Shown piece by piece: positions 27,825-37,483 of a DNA stretch of 64,000 bases. Within the stretch, counting starts at the first letter, position 1; each line of letters opens with the position of its first letter. The position numbers were made by a program, and so were the translations under genes. Source of the DNA: Chlorobiota bacterium. Lineage in GTDB: Bacteria > Bacteroidota > Ignavibacteria > Kapaibacteriales > NICIL-2. The stretch spans positions 7 to 64,006 of the forward strand of contig JBGAUL010000003.1 in NCBI GenBank assembly GCA_044228685.1, written 5' to 3'. Below the pieces are notes generated by a model. It ran no database searches. It had not been told where the DNA came from and was given only the letters and a program-made list of their open reading frames with translations.

Positions 27825-30494
27825 TTAGTGAATCAGAAGTACTCGTTGATAATCTCGAAGACCATCATTACACTGCAGTATGTATTCCCCAGCTTGCAAA
27901 GCGTTTGTGTTGATTACAAAGCTTCTGGATGCGATATCTACAATGCGCTGACTTCCTTGCAGTTGCAGACGTCCATTAGTACTGAACAGTGACCAGGAAA
28001 CAAACGACGCTTGAAACGGAAGCTTGCAGTTGATAGTACTCGTAGTCGGTTGCGGAAAGACGACGATGTCTACAGACGAAAACTCTTCGTCTTGTACAGC
28101 GCTTAGAGTATCGGACTTCTTTCGTCCCACTGTGTAAACCGGCGTGCGTCGTGTCAATCCTTGAGAATTCTGTGCTTCAATCGAATAACAGAACCACTCT
28201 GCATCCGGCAACGGAGTGCTGGTTGTCCAACTTGCTGTCTGAGATTTCGTCAATGCAATGGCAACTCTCTGTTGCGATTTCGATGTCTTCTCGATGACAA
28301 AACTTGCCTTCGTGATTTGATCTGCTGCATCAAAGGGATCTGAAAAGACACGTGTGTCGATGTTAATCGTGGACTGTTGAAGTGCAGTTGAATCCAGAGC
28401 TGTGTGCAGCACGAAAGGACCGGCCGACCACGCATAGTATGCAAAGGGTCTCAAGAATTTATAGTCTGCCGCCCATGTCGTGTACATCATCCCACGAATT
28501 CCCTTTACAGCTTCTTGCGCGACTCGCCAGTCACGAATGCCCTTTGAGTTGCCGGCATCGTAATAAGGCGACGTGATTTGACTAAAGCCATGATCCGCAA
28601 AGAACTTCATGCTGTTTGCCTTCTTGCCGCCGTTCCAATTGACGATGGTTATTGAAGTATCAATGCGATTCCAAATTCCTCGCAAATCTCCATCGATGAG
28701 ATAGTAGTTGTTTATCGCGTTGTGCAGCGAATCAACCATATCACTCCACATAAAAACATCCGAAGCCGGACGAATCACATGCAGCAGAGAATCGCACTTG
28801 TTGATATTCTCAGCGAGTAGCCGGGCAGGTGTGAGCTTTCGCTTTGTACATGCATCATCGTGATTCATCGAGCGAATCTCATCGTGACTCATGAAATAAC
28901 GCTGAGGATTGTACAGCGCATCCACACCGCGAAGCTGATGATTGAGTATTGAATACAGAGTGTCTTCACTCACGCAAACCATCACAGATCCATTCCCATT
29001 TTCATCGCTTACGGCAGCAAAGGGATGGAAGTAACGCAACTCAACAGTATCACCATTGTGTATATGCGAAGAAGAACTGATACGAAAAGTTGGCGATTGA
29101 TGATATGGTCCCAAGTTATCTGTGCCACTATCCCACCATGTATCATGTATAGGAAGGAAATCCACGCCCTCACTCAAAGTCTGTGTGGAGTGCAGCAGCG
29201 TTGCACTAAGTGGTGTGCCGGCTCGACGAAGAACATTTGTCAAGCCTGCAGGTCTCACTTCTAAATCATCCATCCACAACTCGCCGCTGCGTCCTCCCCA
29301 GATTCCAGCATACAGTACGAGTCGTGTGGCGTTCATGGTATTGAAGTACACTTCCGCTTTATGCCACGACGAATTTGCGGGCAAATCAATGGCAGAAAAT
29401 GTGAGTGGTACGAGCGTTCCGCTTCCACGATCCGCCAAGGCCATGAGACGAAACTCGTCGGCAGAACAATCTTTGGTTTTGAACCAGACGCTCATGGAGT
29501 AGTACTGGTACGGCTGACACTGCACATCCAAAATGCAGCGTGCGTTGGCACCCTTGATTGCCGCATTGCAATGCGCACTCGCAGTCCCCGAATGATAGCT
29601 CACCTTGTCTTGGTGAATAGCCGTGTCTACATAGCTAAAGCCACGAATATTACCCGACGCATCTGCAGATTCAAAGCCACCATTCGAAAAGCTCACGCGA
29701 GCATCGGCAACGATTCGTCCCGTGTCTGATTCAATGACGTACTTCGTGCGTGTTTCTAATCCCTCAGCTAATTGAGGATCATTCAAAAGAGTATTTGAGC
29801 TCCAACCAATAGCACAAACTCCGGGAATGATCTCAATGCTTCGTGCGTTGCAGTACTTTTTGAGTGAATCAACGTTCTTGAAATACTGCGGGATGACGCG
29901 ATCAAGAATTCCGAGTTTGAAATCGTGCTGCGAAATACCATTGAGTTTGAGCAACGCCATGCTGTCGGCGATGCTACGAAGAGTAGTGACATTGGCATTT
30001 ACCTGCAAGTTGTGCTGACTGAATATCCAACGATTTTCAAAACCCTCTTCATCTGCGCTTCGAATCACGCTTCTCAGTGGCATAATGTCCAGCATATACG
30101 AACCCTTCTTGCTAGGCGCTGTCTCTTGGTTAGGAAAGAGTTGAGTGCTAAAAGCGGTTGCAAAGGAGTTAGATGCAGGAAGAAAGATGATGCCCTGTAA
30201 GCCAGGAGTCATGGATAGCATGTAAGTCCGAATGGAGCTTCTCTTGAGCTGCAGTCCTAATTTCTTCTGCACAGCATTTTCAAGCAAGGTCGCTGCATTG
30301 TCAATACCCGGTGTGAGCGTGTCAGGTAGCACCAAGAGCGTCGTTGCTGATAACATCATTCGTGTGCTATCACGATGATAATAGGCTGCCTTCGGCGGCG
30401 GCATGAGACGCTCAAGGGATTGCGCGATGGAGTGCTGTGGAAGACAGATCAAAAACAGCGCACAGAACACGACTGACAGATGCAGTTGCTTCAT
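27825..30494 (-). CDS. Large secreted T9SS cargo protein (about 890 aa), possible carbohydrate-binding/glycosidase-like modules
   Basis: Signal peptide MKQLHLSVVFCALFLICLPQHSIAQS at Met107 of the ORF-track ORF (27825..30812). C-terminus VVFPQPTTSTINCKLP..FVSWSLFSTNGRLQL..GEYILQCNDGLRDYQRVLLIH matches a T9SS CTD. Confidence 0.6.
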   Translation of the reverse strand: MKQLHLSVVFCALFLICLPQHSIAQSLERLMPPPKAAYYHRDSTRMMLSATTLLVLPDTLTPGIDNAATLLENAVQKKLGLQLKRSSIRTYMLSMTPGLQGIIFLPASNSFATAFSTQLFPNQETAPSKKGSYMLDIMPLRSVIRSADEEGFENRWIFSQHNLQVNANVTTLRSIADSMALLKLNGISQHDFKLGILDRVIPQYFKNVDSLKKYCNARSIEIIPGVCAIGWSSNTLLNDPQLAEGLETRTKYVIESDTGRIVADARVSFSNGGFESADASGNIRGFSYVDTAIHQDKVSYHSGTASAHCNAAIKGANARCILDVQCQPYQYYSMSVWFKTKDCSADEFRLMALADRGSGTLVPLTFSAIDLPANSSWHKAEVYFNTMNATRLVLYAGIWGGRSGELWMDDLEVRPAGLTNVLRRAGTPLSATLLHSTQTLSEGVDFLPIHDTWWDSGTDNLGPYHQSPTFRISSSSHIHNGDTVELRYFHPFAAVSDENGNGSVMVCVSEDTLYSILNHQLRGVDALYNPQRYFMSHDEIRSMNHDDACTKRKLTPARLLAENINKCDSLLHVIRPASDVFMWSDMVDSLHNAINNYYLIDGDLRGIWNRIDTSITIVNWNGGKKANSMKFFADHGFSQITSPYYDAGNSKGIRDWRVAQEAVKGIRGMMYTTWAADYKFLRPFAYYAWSAGPFVLHTALDSTALQQSTINIDTRVFSDPFDAADQITKASFVIEKTSKSQQRVAIALTKSQTASWTTSTPLPDAEWFCYSIEAQNSQGLTRRTPVYTVGRKKSDTLSAVQDEEFSSVDIVVFPQPTTSTINCKLPFQASFVSWSLFSTNGRLQLQGSQRIVDIASRSFVINTNALQAGEYILQCNDGLRDYQRVLLIH

Positions 30495-30582
30495 TTGGAC
30501 TCCTTGTAAATCATGCAGGGTTAACAATTCAGAAACGACGCCACCGCTGAGCTCAGAATTTTCGCGAGTGAGCAAGCTCGTT

Positions 30583-31422
30583 TTATGACGCTTGGCGTTG
30601 AGCCGGCGCCACCAGTGCTTTCTCTTCATCACCGCAACGCAGCTGGAAAGATTCGATATGTTCAGCTTGACCATTATCTGCGTTGATACGAACAACAACG
30701 CCGCTGACGCGATAATCGCCTTTTGCCAACTCATACTTGTGAGCGGTTTGCAAGAGAAGTCGCTTGAGCGCAATATCCTTTGCCATTCCCACAACTGAAT
30801 TGTACGGACCACTCATGCCCACATCACTGATATAGGCTGTCTTTCCAGGAAGGATTGACGCATCGTTTGTTTGAACGTGTGTATGAGTTCCAAGCACTGC
30901 GCTAACACGACCATCCAAGTGCCAACCCATTGCGATCTTCTCTGCCGTTGCATCGGCGTGAAAATCGACGATGATAATGGGCGACTGCTCACGAAGCTTT
31001 GGGATGAGTTGATCGGCTGCGCGAAAAGGACAATCAATCGACTGCATAAAAACCCGTCCTTGGAGCTGCACTATGCTCACCAGCAAACCATCCTCAATCG
31101 TAATTGTGCAATATCCTTTGCCAGGATTTTCGCGAGGATAGTTGTGTGGACGAATGACGCGTGGATTGGAAGAGAGTAAGGGACGAGACTTCCAGTTCTC
31201 CCAAATGTGATTGCCGGTTGTGATCACATGCGTTCCAGCCTCAAAAAGCACCGCTGCTTCTTGTTCGTTAATACCCTTACCGTCCCAAACATTCTCACCA
31301 TTGACAACTACCACATCAATCGAATGATCGCGGATGAGTTGTGGCAATGCTGCTGCGGTGTGCATGAGTGCTGATTCGCCGACGACATCGCCGACGAAGA
31401 GGAGATTCAAAGTGGAGTTCAC
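30583..31422 (-). CDS. YmdB-family metallophosphoesterase (2',3'-cyclic-nucleotide phosphodiesterase-like)
   Basis: Motifs LLFVGDVVGE, VVNGEN, GKG, ITTGNHIWE and GTHTHV typical of YmdB/TIGR00282. Probable GTG start giving MNSTLNLLFVGD; the ORF track extends to a TTG at 31452. Confidence 0.75.
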   Translation of the reverse strand: MNSTLNLLFVGDVVGESALMHTAAALPQLIRDHSIDVVVVNGENVWDGKGINEQEAAVLFEAGTHVITTGNHIWENWKSRPLLSSNPRVIRPHNYPRENPGKGYCTITIEDGLLVSIVQLQGRVFMQSIDCPFRAADQLIPKLREQSPIIIVDFHADATAEKIAMGWHLDGRVSAVLGTHTHVQTNDASILPGKTAYISDVGMSGPYNSVVGMAKDIALKRLLLQTAHKYELAKGDYRVSGVVVRINADNGQAEHIESFQLRCGDEEKALVAPAQRQAS

Positions 31423-31485
31423 AGTGTGTTTACAGTGTTGCGGTTGATGCAAATTAGAAATGCCACAGCTATTAGATGTGAACTA

Positions 31486-32826
31486 TCATTTAATGCTGAT
31501 TTCAGCTGTGCGCTCTTCCATTTGGAAAACCGGGACTTTGTCGACGAGGGCTGCGTGACCCAACATGCGAAGTAGGTATGGTGGGATTGCCCGCATCATC
31601 AGACGCATTTTTACATTCAACGTCGAACTCGAAGCCAACAACTCAGGCTTTAGGAGATACTTAGCATAGCGAGTCTCGAATGGCGGAATACTGTGATTGC
31701 TGATAGCATCCGCATCAAAGAAGAATGGCACTTCGACACCTTTACGATAAGCTGTTCCATTGAAAAGAACCAAAGCAGTGTCGTAGGGAATCATTCCTTT
31801 TTTTACGAAGTCGCTTTTGTCATTCAGCAAATCGCCATTCGGATCGAGCATACCACTGCGATAAAGTGTGTCGCCCTTCTCATTCACCACTTCAACTTGC
31901 ACCCACATTTGTCGCTCGAAGATCGTTCCAGATGGAACGTTGTGTCCGGTGATGCTGTTTGTCAATGAGTAGATCAACGGCAAACTCTGTCCGCGATTAA
32001 TCTGCAGTGGCGGTAAAAACTCAGTGTGAATCGAATTATTCAAGAGGTATCCGACCTCAGAGATCATTTGATCACGTCCCGGGAAATCAGTCAGCGGTAC
32101 ATCGACCCCGGCCATTACGTGACTGTGCACACGTCGTTTTACATTGGATCCAATCGCCGCTGTGCCAGAATCCCACTTCATATGACACACCTGACACGGA
32201 ATTCCACGAGCCGGATAAATACTTTTCTGCCACTCGGTATAGGTTGCTTCTACTTGAACGTTGCGAGTATTGATAACATCGTGACAGCCACTGCAATTCT
32301 CACTTTGCTCGATTTGCGGATGATATTGAGATCCATGGAAGCGGTTAGGAACGGCATCGGGAGATTTCATCGGACCATAGAGCACTCCATCCAATCGGAA
32401 CTTGGAAATCACGTGTCCGGGCGATTGCGCTTCACTTCGATGGCAAGCATCGCATGTAACCCCACGTCTTCCGGCGGGCGAGAGATTTGCATTCAACACT
32501 CCTCCCGGTGCTTCGCCCATTTGCGTGGCGATAGGCGCATGACATTGAACGCAGAATTCTCCGAGCAAACCATTGGTCTGCTCCAAACCCAACTTGTTCA
32601 TTGCGTGGAAGATCGGATCCTCAATTGCATAGGCGTGCATAGACATTTCCCAATCTTGGTATTGCTTGGGATGACATGTCTGACAGCTCTCAGGCGGACT
32701 GAAAGCTTTGGTAAATAGACTTAGTGAGTCTTTGCGCGTAGGTAGCTCCGGCTCCGGATCCATTGGTCGGTCGCAAGAGCTTAGCATCACTACACAGAAG
32801 CAAAGAATAAGAATCGATCGAATCAT
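31486..32826 (-). CDS. Pentaheme c-type cytochrome lipoprotein
   Basis: Lipobox MIRSILILCFCVVMLSSC. Five CxxCH motifs (CQTCH, CVQCH, CDACH, CSGCH, CQVCH) in the N-terminal half. No match to NrfA spacing. Confidence 0.75.
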   Translation of the reverse strand: MIRSILILCFCVVMLSSCDRPMDPEPELPTRKDSLSLFTKAFSPPESCQTCHPKQYQDWEMSMHAYAIEDPIFHAMNKLGLEQTNGLLGEFCVQCHAPIATQMGEAPGGVLNANLSPAGRRGVTCDACHRSEAQSPGHVISKFRLDGVLYGPMKSPDAVPNRFHGSQYHPQIEQSENCSGCHDVINTRNVQVEATYTEWQKSIYPARGIPCQVCHMKWDSGTAAIGSNVKRRVHSHVMAGVDVPLTDFPGRDQMISEVGYLLNNSIHTEFLPPLQINRGQSLPLIYSLTNSITGHNVPSGTIFERQMWVQVEVVNEKGDTLYRSGMLDPNGDLLNDKSDFVKKGMIPYDTALVLFNGTAYRKGVEVPFFFDADAISNHSIPPFETRYAKYLLKPELLASSSTLNVKMRLMMRAIPPYLLRMLGHAALVDKVPVFQMEERTAEISIK

Positions 32827-32921
32827 GGGTCGCCTAGGGTGCTCTGCATCAACTTACATTTTTTTACTCACACCATGAGCCACAGGAAGTCGAATCTTTC
32901 TATTGGACAATTGACACCAAT

Positions 32922-34862
32922 TCAATCCTCATTCTGCGCCGGTGCGACGTCGAGAGCTGGGTTTTCGTCGAAAAATCCGGCCGGCAAGAGGCTAAACGAA
33001 ACATTGTGTACGTTCATGATTGGGAACTCTTCCGCGCGTGGAATGTGTGACAAGCCCATGACGTACCACAGGACTACATCGTGTTGTTCCAAGGACTGAT
33101 TGTCAGCACAAAACTCCGGCAATCCTGCTCCCCCACTTGATTGATTCGGATAATCTCCGGCAGCATAAAGCTCGGTCTCGTTGTACTGCGTAGCCCATAA
33201 CTGGGAATTGAGAAAGGCTGCTCGCTTGCGCACGATGTTCGCCGTGTCAAGTACCGGCCAAGCAGTTGTAGATGGCACAAGTAGGTAGGATGAATTCTCT
33301 CCGATCCTATTCTTACGCATCGGATTCGATACTCTCCAACAGCGTGCACGCTTTGAATCGGTCATGCGTTGGGCTTCGCGTTCGTAACGTAGCGTGTGCT
33401 CGTCCATCACGAGCGCATTGCCGGAAGGGTTTTCTCGAGTGTATGCAGGTGGTGACCACGCATCGATCTCGCTGAGACTATTCTCTACGCCATCAACATC
33501 TGCGTCAATGCGAAAGCAGAAGAAGTGTTGGTGATTGGGAGCCATGACCCGTCGAGTGACGAGATGACCTAGCGTTTGATCGTGAGGCACCACAACGCTA
33601 TCGACTACACCTTTGGGTAACATTATACCGCTAAGCTGTGCTTCGACTTTGATGGAGCCGTCTTGGCGGAAAATGTAATTCAATGCGTAGTCGTAATTCC
33701 CAACTGTTGTGATTGAGCTCACGACGAGCTCGCGGGCACGACGAGATTCGTTGCGACCTGAATACTGCTCGAAGTGTTTCCACAGCAAACCTCCGTCGCG
33801 TTCGTAGACAGCGATTACTCTTGGGCGCACAACCGGCAGTCCATCATTGTCCGCAAGCACTGCATCAAGAAATCGAGCATTAGCCGGTGCGTCGTTTAGA
33901 CTATCCATGGGAAAGGTCAAATTTCCAACGCCGTATTCTCCAACATCAAAGGCATTGCGCCAGGTCCAGTTTGATGCTGTGTCGCCATAGGGCACGACCA
34001 TTTCCGACAAAGCCAAACGATGCAGCACCGACCGGAGCTTTCCTTTGTCGGCAATCGATACCGTCCGCAACACCAATCCCTCTCGGGGATGCAACATCAC
34101 CTGAAATCTCCAGCCCTGCCATTGAATGAAATTATTCTCGTCAATCTCAACATTCGTCGCACTCTGCTCAATGCGCATTCGGTGCAATCGCGCACGATCG
34201 GGATTTGGATGTGAATCCGGGAAGAATTCTTCGCTGGGTCCGGCTATGGGTACAACGCCGTTGTCTATAATCTTCACAACTTTTTGAGTGACGAGGTCCA
34301 CAACTGCCGTCAGACCTTCAATCGGTCGTCCGTAAAAATTCGTCTGCTTCTCACGCACATAACTCACACCACGCATCAGACGCGATGATTCGTAGCCGGG
34401 AATCTTCAACGCACCAACAGCCCAAGCATCAACGACCACGTCATTCGTGTCTAGAATTCCTCGCTTGGCCAGAGCTCGTCGCCAGCTGCTGTCGCGCTTG
34501 ACGAGGTCATCAACCATGTCGTATTCCTCATACAAGACCATTGGTTGATGACCGCTCTGCTCCTTCCACTCAACAACGCGTCGCAGAAGCACATCCACTC
34601 GCGCTTCAATACAACGGTTCTTCGGACGATCCAGAAGAACTGCTTGGAAGACGCGTGCGTTGGAATTCGTGCTCGACTTCGTTTCGACCAGGCTCACACT
34701 CACAAATCGAACCGACTTCGGGCATGCCGGATGTGCAAGTACAACATCGTGGACGGCTTGAACATCTGCTTCAGACATGGGTTTAAGATCTTCTGCGTGC
34801 AGACAAGCGTTGGACACGAAACTCAGCGCGAATATGAAGAGGACGATGACGGGAAGTCGCAT
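32922..34862 (-). CDS. Copper-containing (TPQ) primary amine oxidase
   Basis: Topaquinone consensus ..ITTVGNYDYALNY.. (T-x-x-N-Y-D-Y). Copper-ligand histidines in HQHFF and a third His near C-terminus. Signal peptide MRLPVIVLFIFALSFVSNA (ATG 34862; the ORF track starts at TTG 34871). Confidence 0.85.
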   Translation of the reverse strand: MRLPVIVLFIFALSFVSNACLHAEDLKPMSEADVQAVHDVVLAHPACPKSVRFVSVSLVETKSSTNSNARVFQAVLLDRPKNRCIEARVDVLLRRVVEWKEQSGHQPMVLYEEYDMVDDLVKRDSSWRRALAKRGILDTNDVVVDAWAVGALKIPGYESSRLMRGVSYVREKQTNFYGRPIEGLTAVVDLVTQKVVKIIDNGVVPIAGPSEEFFPDSHPNPDRARLHRMRIEQSATNVEIDENNFIQWQGWRFQVMLHPREGLVLRTVSIADKGKLRSVLHRLALSEMVVPYGDTASNWTWRNAFDVGEYGVGNLTFPMDSLNDAPANARFLDAVLADNDGLPVVRPRVIAVYERDGGLLWKHFEQYSGRNESRRARELVVSSITTVGNYDYALNYIFRQDGSIKVEAQLSGIMLPKGVVDSVVVPHDQTLGHLVTRRVMAPNHQHFFCFRIDADVDGVENSLSEIDAWSPPAYTRENPSGNALVMDEHTLRYEREAQRMTDSKRARCWRVSNPMRKNRIGENSSYLLVPSTTAWPVLDTANIVRKRAAFLNSQLWATQYNETELYAAGDYPNQSSGGAGLPEFCADNQSLEQHDVVLWYVMGLSHIPRAEEFPIMNVHNVSFSLLPAGFFDENPALDVAPAQNED

Positions 34863-34902
34863 AAAGATCAACAGTTAATTCAGCTACTACTTTTCGGTTC
34901 CT

Positions 34903-34910
34903 CAAACATA
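34903..34910 (-). promoter_or_regulatory. Candidate -7 promoter element TATGTTTG (TAnnTTTG) 40 nt upstream of amine oxidase ATG
   Basis: Plus strand CAAACATA. Confidence 0.3.
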
Positions 34911-34973
34911 GCACCGACTTCGGTCTTTCTTGATGGCTATAGATTCAGGACTGCTCTGGATCCGACTTGGCAC

Positions 34974-35010
34974 AAAAAAAACGGACCGCTGGTAAAAAAC
35001 CCGCAGTCCG
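34974..35010 (-). terminator. Rho-independent terminator downstream of EF-G-like gene (stem CGGACCGC/GCAGTCCG, U8 tract on minus)
   Basis: Hairpin 34982..35010 with one internal mismatch. Plus-strand A8 run 34974..34981 gives the U-tract on the minus strand, 30 nt after the stop at 35041. Confidence 0.55.
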
Positions 35011-35040
35011 TGAGCACCTGAGAAATTACTGATGTGTGGC

Positions 35041-37179
35041 TCAGTCTTCCTCACCATGCAAATGCTTTTGATACTCTTGAACCAGCTTCTGCTGGACGGT
35101 AGGCGGCGTTGGCGCATACTCAGCAAATGTTGCACTATAGGTCGCGCGGGCTTGAGTCATTGCGCGCAGTGATGTCGAGTATTTATCCAGTTCCGACAGC
35201 GGCATACGTGCAGAGATTTTCTGGAAGTGTCCTTCTGCTTCCATGCCGTGAATGAGTGCGCGACGTGACGGTAAATCGCTCATGACTTCACCCATGAAAT
35301 CATCGGGCACCGTAACGATCACATCATACATCGGTTCAAGCAACTTAGGATCAGCCTGCATAAAGCAATCTTTGAATGCCATCATGCCTGCAGTTTTGAA
35401 GGCTGCTTCATTGGAATCAACCGGGTGCATTTTTCCATCGAATACACTGACGCGGATATCGCGAGCCGGACAGCCGGTTAGCGGACCATTCGTCATCTTG
35501 TCCATGATTCCCTTCACAATTGCCGGCAAGAAGCGTGCATCAATCACACCACCAACGATGCAATTGAGGAACACGAGTTTTCCTCCCCAAGGCAGTGGAT
35601 GTTCTTCTGTACCACGAACGGTAATTCCGGCTGGATTCGGCATGCCTTCGTGATAAGGCTCAATGAGCATATGCACTTCTGCGAATTGTCCTGCACCACC
35701 GGATTGTTTCTTGTGACGATACATGCCCTTCGCTGGTCTTTGGATTGTCTCGCGGAATGGAATCTTCGGTTCCACATACTCAACATCCACTTTAAATCGG
35801 TTATGGATACGCATCTTAGCTACTGACAAGTGCATTTCACCTTGAGCATGCAGGATAATCTGCTTGAGTTCGTGTGAGTGTTCAACAACCAAAGTTGGAT
35901 CTTCTTCGTGCAATTGGTGAAGTGCAGTTCCGACCTTTTCTTCGTCGCCTTTGTTCTTCGGCAGAACCGCGGTTCTCAGTTTCGAATTCGGGAAAATGAT
36001 TGGCGGCACAACAACGTTGGAGTTCTTTTCGTGAAGAGTGTTGTTGACGTGTGTGTTTTTCAGTTTAACAACCGCGCCGATATCACCGGCAACGAGTTGT
36101 GGGATTTCTTCTCTCTTTTTGCCGTCAACGACAAAGAGGTGACCCAAGTTTTCATTCACACCGGTTTGCGCGTTAACCAGTGCAGTGGATGGTTTGATGG
36201 TGCCCGAGAAGACCTTGAAGAAGGTCATGTCGCCGATGTTTGGTTCTGAGATTGCTTTGAACACAAACGCAACAGGCGGACCATTCGGATCGCACTTAAT
36301 GGCATTTCCTTCGGTATCAACGACCGGTGTTGCGAGCTCGTTAGCGCTTGGAGCGACGTTATCAATGAAGCCCATGATACGTCCGCTACCCATGTTATTG
36401 CGCGCTGAAACGCAGAAGAGTGGGAAGAGTTGATGACGAATCATGGAGCGCTTCAAGCCGTCGCGCATTTCGTCTTCATCAAGCTCACCTTGCTGGAAGT
36501 ACTTATCCATCAGCGTCTCATCATTCTCAGCAATAGCTTCGATGAGCTCGTTGTGCAGCTTGGCAGCTTTTTCTTTTTCCGAATCGGGGATGGGTAATTT
36601 TTCCGGTTTACCGCCATTAGCAGGAAATCGGTACATCGTCATTTTGAGCACATCGATAATTGCGTTGAAGCCTGCGCCTTCGTTTACCGGGTATTGAACA
36701 ACGGTCACTGCGCGACCAAATCGTTCTTTGGCTTGCTCAACTGTTCGATCGAATTTGCTGTGCTCGTTATCGAGTTTATTGACAGCGATGAGGGTAGGTG
36801 TTTTGAATTCTTCGGTGTATCGCCAGATGATCTCGGTGCCTACTTCAACACCGTTGATGCCATTGAGAACTAAGATTCCGGTATCTGCTACACGAAGTGC
36901 GGTGATTACTTCGCCAATAAAATCATCGTATCCGGGAGTGTCAAGAAGGTTGATTTTGTAGTCTCGCCAGTCCAAGTTAAGCATCGTGGCAAAGACCGAT
37001 GACTGGCGTTCATGTTCAAGATCCGTGTAGTCAGAAACTGTATTGTGGTCTTCTACACTACCACGCCGGTTGATGACTCCGGATTCAAAAAGCATGGACT
37101 CGGCCAATGTGGTTTTGCCCGAGCCCGTGTGCCCAAGCAAGGCGACATTCTTGATGTGACTTACGTCGTAGGTTTTCAT
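35041..37179 (-). CDS. EF-G family translational GTPase (divergent paralog)
   Basis: 712 aa. G-domain motifs GHTGSGKTT, DTPGYDDF and NKLD. Domains II-V collinear with EF-G (..EPNIGDMTFFKVFSGTIK.. ..GGAGQFAEVHMLIEP..). G1 deviates from canonical AHIDAGKTT. Confidence 0.8.
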   Translation of the reverse strand: MKTYDVSHIKNVALLGHTGSGKTTLAESMLFESGVINRRGSVEDHNTVSDYTDLEHERQSSVFATMLNLDWRDYKINLLDTPGYDDFIGEVITALRVADTGILVLNGINGVEVGTEIIWRYTEEFKTPTLIAVNKLDNEHSKFDRTVEQAKERFGRAVTVVQYPVNEGAGFNAIIDVLKMTMYRFPANGGKPEKLPIPDSEKEKAAKLHNELIEAIAENDETLMDKYFQQGELDEDEMRDGLKRSMIRHQLFPLFCVSARNNMGSGRIMGFIDNVAPSANELATPVVDTEGNAIKCDPNGPPVAFVFKAISEPNIGDMTFFKVFSGTIKPSTALVNAQTGVNENLGHLFVVDGKKREEIPQLVAGDIGAVVKLKNTHVNNTLHEKNSNVVVPPIIFPNSKLRTAVLPKNKGDEEKVGTALHQLHEEDPTLVVEHSHELKQIILHAQGEMHLSVAKMRIHNRFKVDVEYVEPKIPFRETIQRPAKGMYRHKKQSGGAGQFAEVHMLIEPYHEGMPNPAGITVRGTEEHPLPWGGKLVFLNCIVGGVIDARFLPAIVKGIMDKMTNGPLTGCPARDIRVSVFDGKMHPVDSNEAAFKTAGMMAFKDCFMQADPKLLEPMYDVIVTVPDDFMGEVMSDLPSRRALIHGMEAEGHFQKISARMPLSELDKYSTSLRAMTQARATYSATFAEYAPTPPTVQQKLVQEYQKHLHGEED

Positions 37180-37440
37180 ACTATCCCCTCAATAATGAAT
37201 GAGAATTGTGTCGTCAACAGGTGTAGGTCCTCAAGCGCGGCCCCGTGGTGATAATGGTGCGGATGGGCTAAACGAGGTTGTGTGAGAGAATCCCCTGAAC
37301 GATTCAGTGCAACGTAGTGAACAGCATTCAAAAGCACAAGAGAAAAGTAAGACAAATATGTCCGAAATAGCATAAATCTATCCAGAATAATTTTTTCAGC
37401 CCTTTTTGAAGGCTTTTGCGCTCTGTAACGCCCTTGAGAC

Positions 37441-37448
37441 TATTTTTG
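37441..37448 (+). promoter_or_regulatory. Candidate -7 promoter element TATTTTTG 36 nt upstream of the internal ATG (37484) of the YfhO-like gene
   Basis: Exact TATTTTTG. It lies inside the ORF-track N-terminal extension (37406..37483), implying that extension is untranslated. Confidence 0.4.
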
Positions 37449-37483
37449 TTTTTTCGTCCTTCACGACCATATTCCTACACCGA

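Noticed and set aside
30495-30812. 106-residue N-terminal extension of the 27825..30812 ORF
   Set aside because: A canonical signal peptide begins at Met107 (MKQLHLSVVFCALFLICL...). The extension is hydrophilic with no homology, and the upstream YmdB gene ends at 30583.
31486-32826. Calling the pentaheme cytochrome NrfA (nitrite reductase)
   Set aside because: The haem-motif spacing and the lack of the conserved NrfA active-site segments do not fit NrfA. It is kept as a generic multihaem cytochrome c lipoprotein.
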